This document shows, piece by piece, positions 11,193 through 22,000 of a DNA stretch of 64,000 bases; within the stretch, counting starts at the first letter, position 1, and each line of letters begins with the position of its first letter. The stretch is from the NCBI GenBank assembly GCA_036172245.1, contig JAYWIR010000024.1, forward strand, positions 1,240,001 to 1,304,000, written 5' to 3'. The translations under genes were made by a program, and so were the position numbers. The notes beneath the pieces are model-generated. The model was not told the origin of the DNA, searched no databases, and saw nothing but the letters and a program-made list of their open reading frames with translations. The DNA is from Raillietiella orientalis (Eukaryota).

Positions 11193-12269
11193 GTGAGTTT
11201 TGGATTTCTTGATCATGGCGCTTTTCGGTGCCGCGCCACGGCGGGAATCCGCGCCGACGGTGTTCCGCCGCTCGCGCGCGCGCGCGCATGGTGTGCGTGT
11301 TGTGCATTCGCTGCAAGGGCTCCTGCGCCAGCGTCCCTCCCCCCCTCCCAACAGAAGATCCGATCTCTTTCCGCGGATCCCAGGGAGGGGCTGGTTGTTT
11401 CACACTTTGCAAGTGGAAGCCGCTGCTCGCCTTCTCCCCCTGTTCCTCCCCTCCCCCCCCCCCGTGCAAGCAGAATCCACCGAGGCACCGAGTGGTTTGC
11501 GGCGGCGCGCCTGCAGTGCTCTGCTGCTCGGTCGCTCTTCCCCGCCACCCGCTCGCAGGCGACCTCGCGCGCGGTTTTCCGGCCGATCTCGCAGTGGTCA
11601 GTGGCAGCCGCCGGCATCCGAGCTTCATGCTTCAATAAATTAATTAACAAACCGAAGAAGAATGCAAGCGATGCTTTGTTCTCTCCCGTGCCCATAATGA
11701 ATGTAATTAGGAGGAAGGCTTCACCTCAAATCGTTCAGTGTGTGCGTGCGTCGTTCTGAAGCGGCGGACGCGCTGGGCGTCGGCGGCTTCCCTCCCGTGC
11801 CCGTCGGACGTTCCCTGTGGCACACGCGGCCCTCTTTTTCTTCCAACCCTGCGCCTGGTGTCGCAACGCAGGACTGAAAACCTATCCCCCCTCCCCTTCC
11901 CATCCGAATCCCCAGTAATTAAACATGCGGAAGATTGGCTCGGTCGCTGTTTATTTAACGACCAACGTCCTTTGCGTACTTCTTAAGAGGGACTTGGAAT
12001 CCCCCCGATTTGATGGTTTTACATCGCCCCGGGCGTTTTCCCTGTGCGTATCGACGTCCAGGTGATCCGTCCGAGCAACCGTGAAAAACAAAATCGCCGA
12101 AATGAAACATTGGTACACTTTTCCCGCGGGGATTCTCTGGAGATCGGTATGCTTGCGATGGACGGATTCTCGCGCCACCGGGCGCCCTCTGCGAGCCGTC
12201 CGTGGGGAACTTCTGAATGAGTTCTGGAAAGGGGAAAAAAAAAAAAAAAAAGTGTCGCAGGACGGAACG

Positions 12270-12312
<43 letters not shown>

Positions 12313-13427
12313 GAGAAAAGAAAGATCGTCTGCGTCCAGATGTTGAAAGTTCGATTCATAGCCAGCGTGTCGTGACGTTTCGTACGAGACGAGCTTGGGC
12401 GCAGTTCGGAGGGTTTGCGCATGCTCAAAGGAGGAAGGCAGAGTAAAAAAAAAAAAAAAAGAAAAAGAAAAAGAAAAAGAAAAAAAAAGGCATACGACGA
12501 CGACGATAAGCTGGTGGTGGTGCGCGTCCAGGCGGAGTGTCGCATGTCGCGTACATTCCGCTTCCTTCTCAGCGGACACGCGCACGCGTGGGGAGTTCCT
12601 TGCCTCGGCCGGTATTCCGTTCCCGCTGAACCGGCACGGTCCACTTGGGAGGAGAGGGCCCGCCCCCGCCCTCCTGCTGCCGCCGCCCGGCAGAGGAGCC
12701 CAGAGGAGGATCTTGGAGCTTCCCCTTCTTTCCCTTCCCCCCACCCCCGGATGAGGTAACGGGAATTCCGGCTCCGGGAGGTCGGGCTCCGGCGGATCTG
12801 CGTATCCCCATGCCAACGACGTCCCGTCTAGCCTTTTCCTCGTTTCGCAGGCGGATTCGTCTCCCATCTCTCGAGATTTTGCTTTCATGGAACCCAACAG
12901 GTGCATTCTTCGCCATAATTAATCTTTGCGCAGAGGAGTCGGAAGGCTGCACCATGATCCCCGTGAAGGTGCAGCTTGTGGAGCAAGTGCTGCGTGGAGG
13001 GAAGGGGAGCCGGGAGGGGACGTTGGATCGGGCGATCAGGTTTTCGGTTGATGATCAGTTGCCCCGTTTCGGGCTTTCTTTTCCTTTTTGTCTTGCTGCT
13101 GTTATCGCGATTTCGGCCCCCGAATAGCCGCCGGTTTATACGTCTCCGCGATGCTGGAGGGATGGGATGCGTTCTCCTGCTACTTCTGCTGCCCGGGAAC
13201 TGCGCCGCGAGGACGACGGGTGGCTTCCGTCTCGCTGCTTGAGCGGTGCGTGCCCCGGAGTTCGAAATCCTTGCCCTCCCCCCCTCCCCCCGGTCCTCAT
13301 CCAGGTGCACGTCGCCTCGCCGGTGTTTCCGGTCCCCGCGAACGGGAAACCACTTCCCCCCGAAATACTGTCGCAGAGCGCCTTCCCTCGGAGATCGAAT
13401 CCCCCCCCCCCCTCCCCCTCGACTTTT

Positions 13428-13455
13428 GCGTGCGCGCGCGCGCGCGCGCGCGCGC
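13428..13455. repeat. (CG)n tract
   Basis: About 11-12 uninterrupted CG dinucleotides. Similar tracts occur near 918, 7121, 7791, 11273 and 17143. Confidence 0.95.
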
Positions 13456-13655
13456 TCTCGTGTGATCTTCACGGAGCCAGAACTGCCTGCGTTTCCGTCG
13501 GCTCCGAACTCGGCGGCGACGTGGCGCGGAGGCAGCGCCACCGCGCGCCCCTTCCATTGTTGCGCGCCTTTCGCATTGTTGCGGAGCGCGCGGGGGAAAG
13601 CGCGCCGATTGTTTCCTTTCTTTCTTTCTTTCTTTCTTTCTGTCTTTCCTTCCTT

Positions 13656-13687
<32 letters not shown>

Positions 13688-14935
13688 CCATCTTTCCCGG
13701 CGCGAACCCAGGACCGCGATGGAACATCTTGAAATCGTGTGATCAAGGACAAATCGCGGTTCGGTGCTGCAGAATCCGAACCAGCTGGTGAAGGCAGACG
13801 ACAACACATCGGTTGTGAGAGTGCGGCTTTCTCACACATTTATCAGTGTGAGAAGACTCAATTATTCCGAGCTTCTGGTTTCCATTGGCTCTCGAATCCT
13901 CCCTGTTACTACACTGTCTTGCCTCGACGCGATGTTCTGCTTGCATGTGTTAAATTCCCGGTTTATCTTTCCCTTAAACGTTCTCCTGCACGAAGACGGT
14001 GGAATTTTATGGCTAGTTCATCATACCACTCGGGAGGAAATCGTTCTTGCACGAAGAGGCGACCAGAAGTAATTTTGCACTTAGGATGGGTTAGCTTTAA
14101 GGGAAGAAGAGGTATGCTGCGAGGGGAGGGGGGGAGGAGGAGGAGAGAAAAGGAGAAGAAGAAGAAGAAGAGGAAAAAAAAAAAAAAAAAAGAATCGACG
14201 ATTACGTCAGTGAAGAATAGATGAATGAATTTTCATTGATAAATTCGATCCATTCTCTTTTCGGATGCCATGAGATTTGAGTCGCAACACTGCGGTTTTC
14301 CATTGGATCAGCCGTTTTTTTTTTTTTTTTTTTATTGGTTTTTGCATACAAACAAAACATGCTTTAATCTCGACTTTTACCGCAAAAGTGGCATGTCAAA
14401 AATGTCTTTCCTGTGGGCATTCATGCCTCTGGCATCTTATCTCCGCGAACGTTAGATTTATTACTACTTTTTAAGCGCAAAATCGCTACAAGTCGACACA
14501 AACGAAAAGACAAAAGAGAAATTTCCAGAGAGAGGCTCCGTGCTGCGAATGAAATGCGCTCCTTCTTGCCGTTTCAGAATCCGCCGAACAATAAAAATGA
14601 AACGTAAAAGGAGCGCACGAGTCTGCTGCGATTTCTTTCCCGATGGCCAACATCTGAAGCCACGGATATCTTCATAGTGCGCGGGTATCCGTGGAAACAA
14701 TGATGCTGGCTGGAGTCCCCACCTCTCCAGGTTCGCGTCCTGCCTCCCCGAGCGTGTAATTTGTCGGATTTTCAACAGCTCCCCGATAACCATGAATGAA
14801 TGGGGGGAGAGGGGGGGGGGGGTTCGTGAAAGAAAGGCAGACGCAATCCTCCTCGGTCTCCTTTCGAAAGGACATCCGAGGAGGAACGGAGAGGCAGAGA
14901 GCGATCCGGGAAGCGAGCCCGAGTTTCCTCTTTTC

Positions 14936-14943
14936 GCCGCCGC

Positions 14944-14980
<37 letters not shown>

Positions 14981-14984
14981 GCCG
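14936..14984 (+). repeat. (CCG)n(CTG)n microsatellite in intron 3
   Basis: Direct reading. Similar compound tracts occur at about 10487-10522 and 18961-19006. Confidence 0.95.
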
Positions 14985-15992
14985 TTGCTCTCTGGCATCC
15001 TTCAGAGAGAGCGAAGGGGGGAAGAAAGGAGGAGGAGGAGGGGGGTGCGGGAAATGGCCCGTATGCTTTTGTCCACAAGAAGTAAACCAGACCGTTCTCG
15101 CTGATGGCCCAAGCCGCGGTTCCCTTTGCTTCGAGAGGCAGGAAAAAAAAAGAAAAAGCCTCTCATGGAGAGCCCGAGCTCCGCGCGATCTTCGCGTGCT
15201 CCTCCTGGCGGAAGTCGAAAGCCTTCCTTTGTCGTCGCTGCTTGTGTCATCTTCCGTCGAAGAACGCGAAATCTTGCCGCGCGCCGGAGGAACCGCGTCG
15301 CTGTGATGGTCGGTCGCAGCCACCCGCTTTTGGGAAGCAGAGGGAGAGAACGGGGAAAACCCTTTCTTCCTCTTTCTGTTTAACAAACGACAAATGGCGC
15401 GCGCTGCACGTCCTGCGTGGGCTTTGCTGCTTTTCGTTTGTTTGTTTGTTTGTTTGTTTGCTTCAACATGGCGGCGTGCGACGGAAGCCCGCGTGCAGGC
15501 ACGGGAAAGAGTCGGAACGCTGAGGTGGATCCTCCGGGGTGTGGGGGGGGTGGGGGGGAGGGGAGAAGACACCGCTTGTTCCGATCGAGGAACTGGGCAC
15601 GGGCGTGAGCGACCGTTGCGCAAACCCGTTCGGGGCAGTGGCGTCAGGGAAGGAAAGGCTCGGCGGAAAGACCTCGTCCGCGTCGGGAGGAACTGGGGGG
15701 ATCGCGCCTTTCCTGGGTCTGCAGGCGGAAGTAGGGCGAGGGCGACGACAGTCAGCCCATCGGTCGGTCGGTCCCCGCACGGGTCGTGCGCGACTTTGCC
15801 CGACCTCGGCGCCGCCAGAGGGAACAGCCGGGACGCGCTGCTCTCACCAGGCGGCAGCACAAAAAAATGAAAGAAACAGCAGCCATTCTCGCCGCCGCTG
15901 CTGGTGGTTCCGAGCCCCCCGATTTCTTCCTCCGAAAGGGCAGGAAAGCCTTTATTTTACCTTTTTTTTTTCCCTTTTTCTTTTTTTGGGCT

Positions 15993-16027
<35 letters not shown>

Positions 16028-16343
16028 ATTTTCGCGATTCTTTGCTTCCGGTCCGCGTTCTCCTCGCTTCCGTCCGGCGGAAGTGAGCAGCCGGATAGAA
16101 TGCCGCCGCCTCACTTCCAGTTGCATGAGGGGGAGGAGGAGGAGGTTCCGGAAAAGGAAAACTTGCTGCCTGGCCGAGGAGGGGGGAAGGGGAGGGCAGC
16201 AACACCTGGACAACCAAGAGGCGCGCGCGCGCACAGCACCCTCCCCCACCCTTCCTCGATCCCCCCCTTCTTCTCCACCCACCCCCACACAGACACGCCC
16301 CGCGACCGTCTGATCGGAGGGATGCCCTCCTGTAACTTTTCAG

Positions 16344-16492
16344 ATTATCGCTTTTGCCTGCAGACCCCCAGCACCGTGGCAACCGCCGCCGTCGCTGTGG
16401 CAGCCCGGGCCATGCTGTGGCACCAGCTGTCTTCGTCGTCCGTTTACGACGGCATCTGCGACACCTTGAGGGAGTCGGTGGGCTTGGAAGCG
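16344..16492 (+). CDS. CycD: Cyclin D, coding exon 4 (149 nt)
   Basis: TAACTTTTCAG| acceptor; translates as (D)YRFCLQTPSTVATAAVAVAARAMLWHQLSSSSVYDGICDTLRESVGLEA; |GTAAGG donor. The phase fits exons 3 and 5, and PS.VA.A.V..A is the second cyclin-fold motif. Confidence 0.93.
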
Positions 16493-17936
16493 GTAAGGAC
16501 TGCCCCCGCGGTGTGCGCGTGTGTGTGTGGGCGGGTGCTGCCCCAGCCCTTGCATCCTGGAGCACCGTCACCGGGATGCGGCGGCTCTTGGGAGGCTCCA
16601 CGAAGGAGCACCGCGCTTCCAGAGAAGGGAAGGTGCGCATCATCGAGCCGCCAAAGGTGCGGCCTCGCACTCAGCGGAGGACGACCCACGCGCTTTCCGG
16701 GAAGAGAAGGGAGGGCGGGGGGGGAGCGTCGGCGCGAAGTCTCCTCTGCCTGCTGCTGCCTGGTACAGCAACTGACCGACGTCTTTGGAAGAGGCGACGC
16801 GCACACGAGCGAAGGAGGGGGGAGGGGGACTGCAGCGCGGAGGGGGGCGGAGGAGGGAGAAAGCGCAGGAGCGAAAACCCTTTCCCTGCAGCAGAGAGCT
16901 CCTCGCCGGGAGGATGTGTAACCGGAGTCAGGTCTCCGCGCGACGCGAGTAACGCCTTTGTTCCCGATCAGCCGGGGGAAGAATCGAGTTTCTGCAGCCC
17001 GTTCAGCGCGCGAAGGCAGGGGGAGCAGGAAAAAAGAGAAAGAAAGGAAAAGAAAGAAGAAAAGAGAACAGGAGAGGGAAGAAAGGAGAGGAGGAGGAGG
17101 ACGGAAGAAAGAAAGCCGGCGGCGGGCGTTTTCATTCATAAACGCGCGCGCGCGCGCGCGCGGGCGGGCGGGAGGGCGGCCTTATGAAAGGAATGCCGGG
17201 CGGCCACGAGAGAGCGCGCGGGAGGCGCTCCGCAGGCCGGGGCCATTTTCCGTTCGTTTCCGTTGCTCGGAGCGAGCACGGAGCAGCGAGAGCGGGGAGG
17301 AATGCGCGCCAGGAATGCGCCTCCGGCGCCATCTCGAGACAAACACGCGTTTCAATTATTATCATTAACTACCGTTGTCTTCTCCTTGCACGCCGGAGCG
17401 CGCTCCGCGTTGCGTCCGCGGATCCGCGTGGATCTCCATCACCTCTCTCTCTCTCTCTCTCTCTCCTTCCCTTTCCTCCTCCCCCTCTTGTCTTTTTTTT
17501 TTTTTTTGTTTTGTTTTTCTTCTCCTTAGCTTTTGTGTTGTTGAAGAGCGCGCCTCGTTCGTCCGTGTGCGTAGGCAGACCTTCCCTTCCTCCCCTTTCT
17601 CATCGCTCCCGGGGTCGAGGGGGGAGGAAGGTGTGACGGGAGGACCTTGGTCGTGCGCGCGTGAGGCTGGCTCTCGTCATCCGCACCTGAAAGCCAGCAT
17701 CAGCGAGGAGGAGGAAGAGCGGAGGAGAGAACCCTTGAGTTTCCTGTTCCGACCCCCTCTTCTTCCTCCCTTCCGGCTGCGACCGTGAGAGGACCGGGGG
17801 GGGGGGGGAGGGGGGCGCGGAACTGCTGACGGAAACCGGGAAGCGGGGTTGGGGTGGGGTGGGGGGGTGAGGGCGTCTTCCCTGCCTCTGCGCGCGTCCC
17901 GTCACCATCATCACCTCTCTCGTCTCCCATTCACAG

Positions 17937-18092
17937 GACATCTTCAGCAGCGCCGTCGCAGAAATCGAAAATCTAGTCACATCGCAGCTGAAGAGCCAGC
18001 AGCTAGCCAGCTCGAGGGCCGTCGAGACGATGGTCACCTCCAAGCACGAGGAAACCGGAACGCCCACGGATGTGCAAGACGTCAAGTTCTGA
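17937..18092 (+). CDS. CycD: Cyclin D, coding exon 5 with stop codon
   Basis: Pyrimidine tract plus CACAG| acceptor; translates as DIFSSAVAEIENLVTSQLKSQQLASSRAVETMVTSKHEETGTPTDVQDVKF*. TPTDV is the hallmark cyclin D phosphodegron (equivalent to human CCND1 T286). Confidence 0.96.
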   Translation, partial: DIFSSAVAEIENLVTSQLKSQQLASSRAVETMVTSKHEETGTPTDVQDVKF

Positions 18093-18732
18093 GCGCTGCA
18101 CCTCCCCTTTCCCCCCCCCCCTCCCGGCCCTCCTTCCTCCCTGTCCCTCCGTCGTCTCGCAGACGCGAATTCCAGCTCCGTCTGCTCTGGTGCATGCCGA
18201 AAGGGGATGCAAGGCGAAGAGGAGGAGGAGGAGGAGGAGGAGGAGAAAAAGACGACCCCTTCTCCCACCCCGCCCCGTCCCGCCCCCGAGAGAGAAAGAA
18301 AGAAGAACGCCTCGCGCGCGCCCTGCATCTCGAGTGGTGAGGGGCAGCCAGCCAGCCATCCCTCCTCCTGGGCAAGCGCCCTCGTCCGCCGCTGGGCCTT
18401 CTCCTGCTCCAGAAAGCTGGCAACCAACGGAGGAAGAGCTTCCGGAAGCATCTTCGGGAAAGAAGGGATGCTGCGAAGCAAGAGGCGAGGCTCGCGTCCC
18501 CCTTCCCCCACCGGCCAAGACTTGGATGCAAGAACTGGCACTCTTTTCCCCGTCCGCCCGCCCCCCCCTTTTGTTCTTGTTGTTGTTTTGTTTGGTCCAC
18601 GGAGGTTACTCCCCTCCCCCATTCCCTCCCCTTACGGACTGAGGGCCACTCTTTCTCCTCGCCCTCACTTATGCTTTCCTCGTCCCCCTCTTCCCGTTCC
18701 CAAGGAAACGCACCGTCTGCTTCTGTCAGGAG

Positions 18733-18775
18733 TGTAAGTACACGACATACGCTTAGCAAAAATAAATGGTTTTTG
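18733..18775 (+). promoter_or_regulatory. Candidate proximal polyadenylation signal of cyclin D
   Basis: First AATAAA after the stop codon (18761-18766), with TGTA upstream (18733) and TGGTTTTT downstream. Alternative AATAAA sites occur near 19384 and 19775. Confidence 0.45.
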
Positions 18776-18971
18776 CCTCGTTCGACGCCTGGCCGCGTTC
18801 TCTGCGATCTCCCGCAGGATCGACCTCAGACGCCGCGTGACCAGCACGTTGGTCCGCAGGGCCCCCCCGTTCCCCCCTCCCTTCGCCTCCTTCGTCCCCA
18901 AGGGTCCTCTCTTCGACCCCGTGGTCTTGGCCGTCCGGTCGACCCCCACCGATCCATGCAGCCGCCGCCGC

Positions 18972-19008
<37 letters not shown>

Positions 19009-22000
19009 CGACTCGGCCAAAGCAACGACGGCGCGGGGGGGGGGGGAGGAGGAGGAGGAAGGGGGAGGGGTGGGGTGGGGAGGACGGCGGCCGAGGAGCA
19101 CGCGCACGCAGAGGCTGACAGCGACGGGTACGCTCCGTCGAAGGGATGCGCGGATCCACTTCCGCCCCCGCGTCCCGGAGCCGGACTGAGTGACGACGGC
19201 GGGAGGACACGCGGGACGTTCGCTCCCGGCCTTGCACGCGAGCCCGCGCGGAAAAAAGGCTCGCGAAAAGAAACACCGAGCGCAGACATCGGCGTTTCCA
19301 AGGCAACGTGCCATCCGGTGCCCCGATCTGCGGGGATTTTCGTGGTGCCTGCAACGGATCCTCCTCTGATAAGCCGAATGGGAAATAAATCTGCACCTTG
19401 TCCCGATTGCAGATTCTTTCAGCAGGAATCCAAAGGTGGTGCATCCGTTGGTCCAGGATGCTGCTCTGAGTTATTTCCTCCCTCCCGTCCAGAATGGCTG
19501 AGGTCACGCCTTCCACGTACTCCCTGAATTTATTAGTGAGTCTGACGCCGGTCTAATGGTCAAAATCTCGAGAAGATACGACTCCGAAAATGAAACATTG
19601 AACTCGAAAACCTCTCGACAATCTTCCGAGTCCCGCGGACGGAAAAGAAAGCACCGGACGTTTCTATGGTCTCCATCGCTACCACTAACTCATACCTCCA
19701 TCAAGGCCCCCCACCCACCCCCCCCACCCGATTTTCATTGCGTTATTTATCTTACCTCTATCTGGCATGCAGCACAATAAACATATCTGTTGTAAGGGAG
19801 GAGACCTAATTATTGCCATGGGGCATGCGGAGCAAAAAGGAAGGAAAGCGACTTCCCGTGCCGGAGTTTTAAAAATACGACACAATCGTTTTTTTTTTTT
19901 TTTTTTTTCTTCTTCTTCTTCTGTTCCCCCCCCCCCCTCCCTTCCTTTCGACCTTTTCGTCCCTCCTCCTCTTCCTCCCCATCCCGAATGAAGAAAATTG
20001 TCGCGGATGTCGTCGCTTCCCCCCCCCCCCTTCCACGAGACGAACACGGGGATTTGTTCGATCGCCGTTAGCCATCCTTAAAATTAGCAGCAACCCGGTT
20101 TTTATGATGACCTTTAGCACGGGAAAGCTCCCGCTGGCAATGAGGATTTCTCTCCCGTCACGGACGGAGAATGAGATTTCTACACTTCGATGGTCGATTG
20201 GGTTTCCCTTCGCGTCTTCTTGGATCCCCTTGAAAAAGCCATTCTTCTCCTCCTTCCTCCTCGGAAACCTTGGCAAATGGGAGCCGGAAGTTCGTTGGGA
20301 AAAATTAATGGATGCTGCCTGCCTTAACGCGCATAAGTAGCACCCTGAACATTCCTTCCCACCCGAAGCACACTGTTTGTACACCACGACCCCTCCCTCT
20401 CTCCCCATTCACGTAAAAAGGAAAAAAAAAAAGAAAAGAAAAGAAAGGAAACCGCTCGCATCCCGCGAGCGCGCGGACGTGCTTGCGGTGGTGCTGTTGG
20501 AAATTCGTGGGCGTGTCGTCGGTCAAATTTCCGGCTGTTCCGATCCCACCCTCCCCTCCCCCCCCCCCCCCCCTTTCCCTGCCTCTGCCCAGCTTCCTCG
20601 CCCCCTGTTTGCTTCCCGGTCCCCTCCGTCTCCAGGCTGCTAACCAGACCCTCCTCCCCGCGCCAGGAAGCGAGCGACAGACGCTCCCCCATTCTTGCGA
20701 ACGGCCCGCAACAATGGGGCGGGGGGGAGGCGCTGACGGAGGTCCATTGTTGCGTGGCGCGCTCAGAACGAACGCACACACAGAGGGAGCGCAGCTCGTT
20801 AAGGCGGCCGGGACCGCTCATTAACCCTATAAGTGATTATTACGTGTAAATTGCTCGTGCAAAAAAAGGAAAAAAAAAAAAAGAAAGCCAGGCGCTCGCA
20901 ATCCAGGAGGAAGAGCACACTTTTGGTGTTGGCGGAAAGAGAAAGGAAGGAGGGGGAGGGAGGGAGGGGGGAAGAAAAAAAGAAGGAAAGAAAAAAAAAA
21001 AAAAAAAAGGGAAGCGTGAGTTCGTGATCTCCCTGCGTATCGTGTGTGATCTTGAGTGGGGTGACTTTCACCCGAGGTTGCCTGCGCTCGGCAAATGAAG
21101 ATGCATTCGATTGAGTTTCGATGCTCGTGGCATTGGTCAGTGAAACGTCGTCGAAAGTTCCGCAATCCGAAGGAAATTTCGTTATGGCGGTGATCCGGTG
21201 CGATTGCGTTGGGAAACAACTCGACGATGCTGCTTTTGGTGACCTCTGTTTAACAGTTCTTCCCCCCCCCCCCTCCCCCCTCTTTTCGCGGCGGTGCTTT
21301 GCGAAAAGAGCCTTCCCGAAACTCACGCAAACCCCTGAGTCAAATGTGGGGTTATCCCTGCATGACCAATCGGTGTCGGACTGCCTTCGGAAAAGGTTTC
21401 GCGGCCATGGGAAAAATACACTCTGTTGAGTTGTGCTGATTTGTTTTGTTGTTGTTGTTGTTGTTTGTTGTTTTCTCCAGGGAGCTCGTCAGAATTTCAT
21501 TCTGGGAAAGCGCGGCCCCGTTCCCTCCCTCGCCCCCCCCCCCCCTTTCGGGTCTCTCTCTCGCTTTCCCGATCCGAATCCGTCGGATGAGGCGCACGCG
21601 ATGCTGCTCCTCGGCTTGCATTCCGAGCGAACGTTCCTTCGGATGCTGCGTCATTGGCAGGACTGGTCTTCTCGGAAAGGGGCTCTTCGACGCGGTGGGG
21701 ACTCTTGGCGATGGGAAAGGAGAGGCAGGGTAGCTGTCGGCCCCCCACCTCCCCCTTCCCCTTCTGTCCTTCCCTGTGCGGCCTTTCAGACGCCGTCGTG
21801 GCAGTGAGTTCGCGGCTCGATACGCGCTAGAAATGACGTCACCGAGTCCATCTGCTTGCGATCTTTTCTCAATCGGTTCCTTCCGCCCTTCTCGTTTCGT
21901 GAAAGAAAACAAAGCGTATTTCCAAGATGAGAGTCCCTTGAAAGAGGACCCTGCCTCTCCCCATCTCAAGAGACTCGCCTCGCGGACCGGGAGGCTTTCC

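Noticed and set aside
18974..19006. TGCTGCT matches as miR-15/16-type sites
   Set aside because: They are simply a (CTG)n microsatellite and lie beyond the first candidate poly(A) signal.
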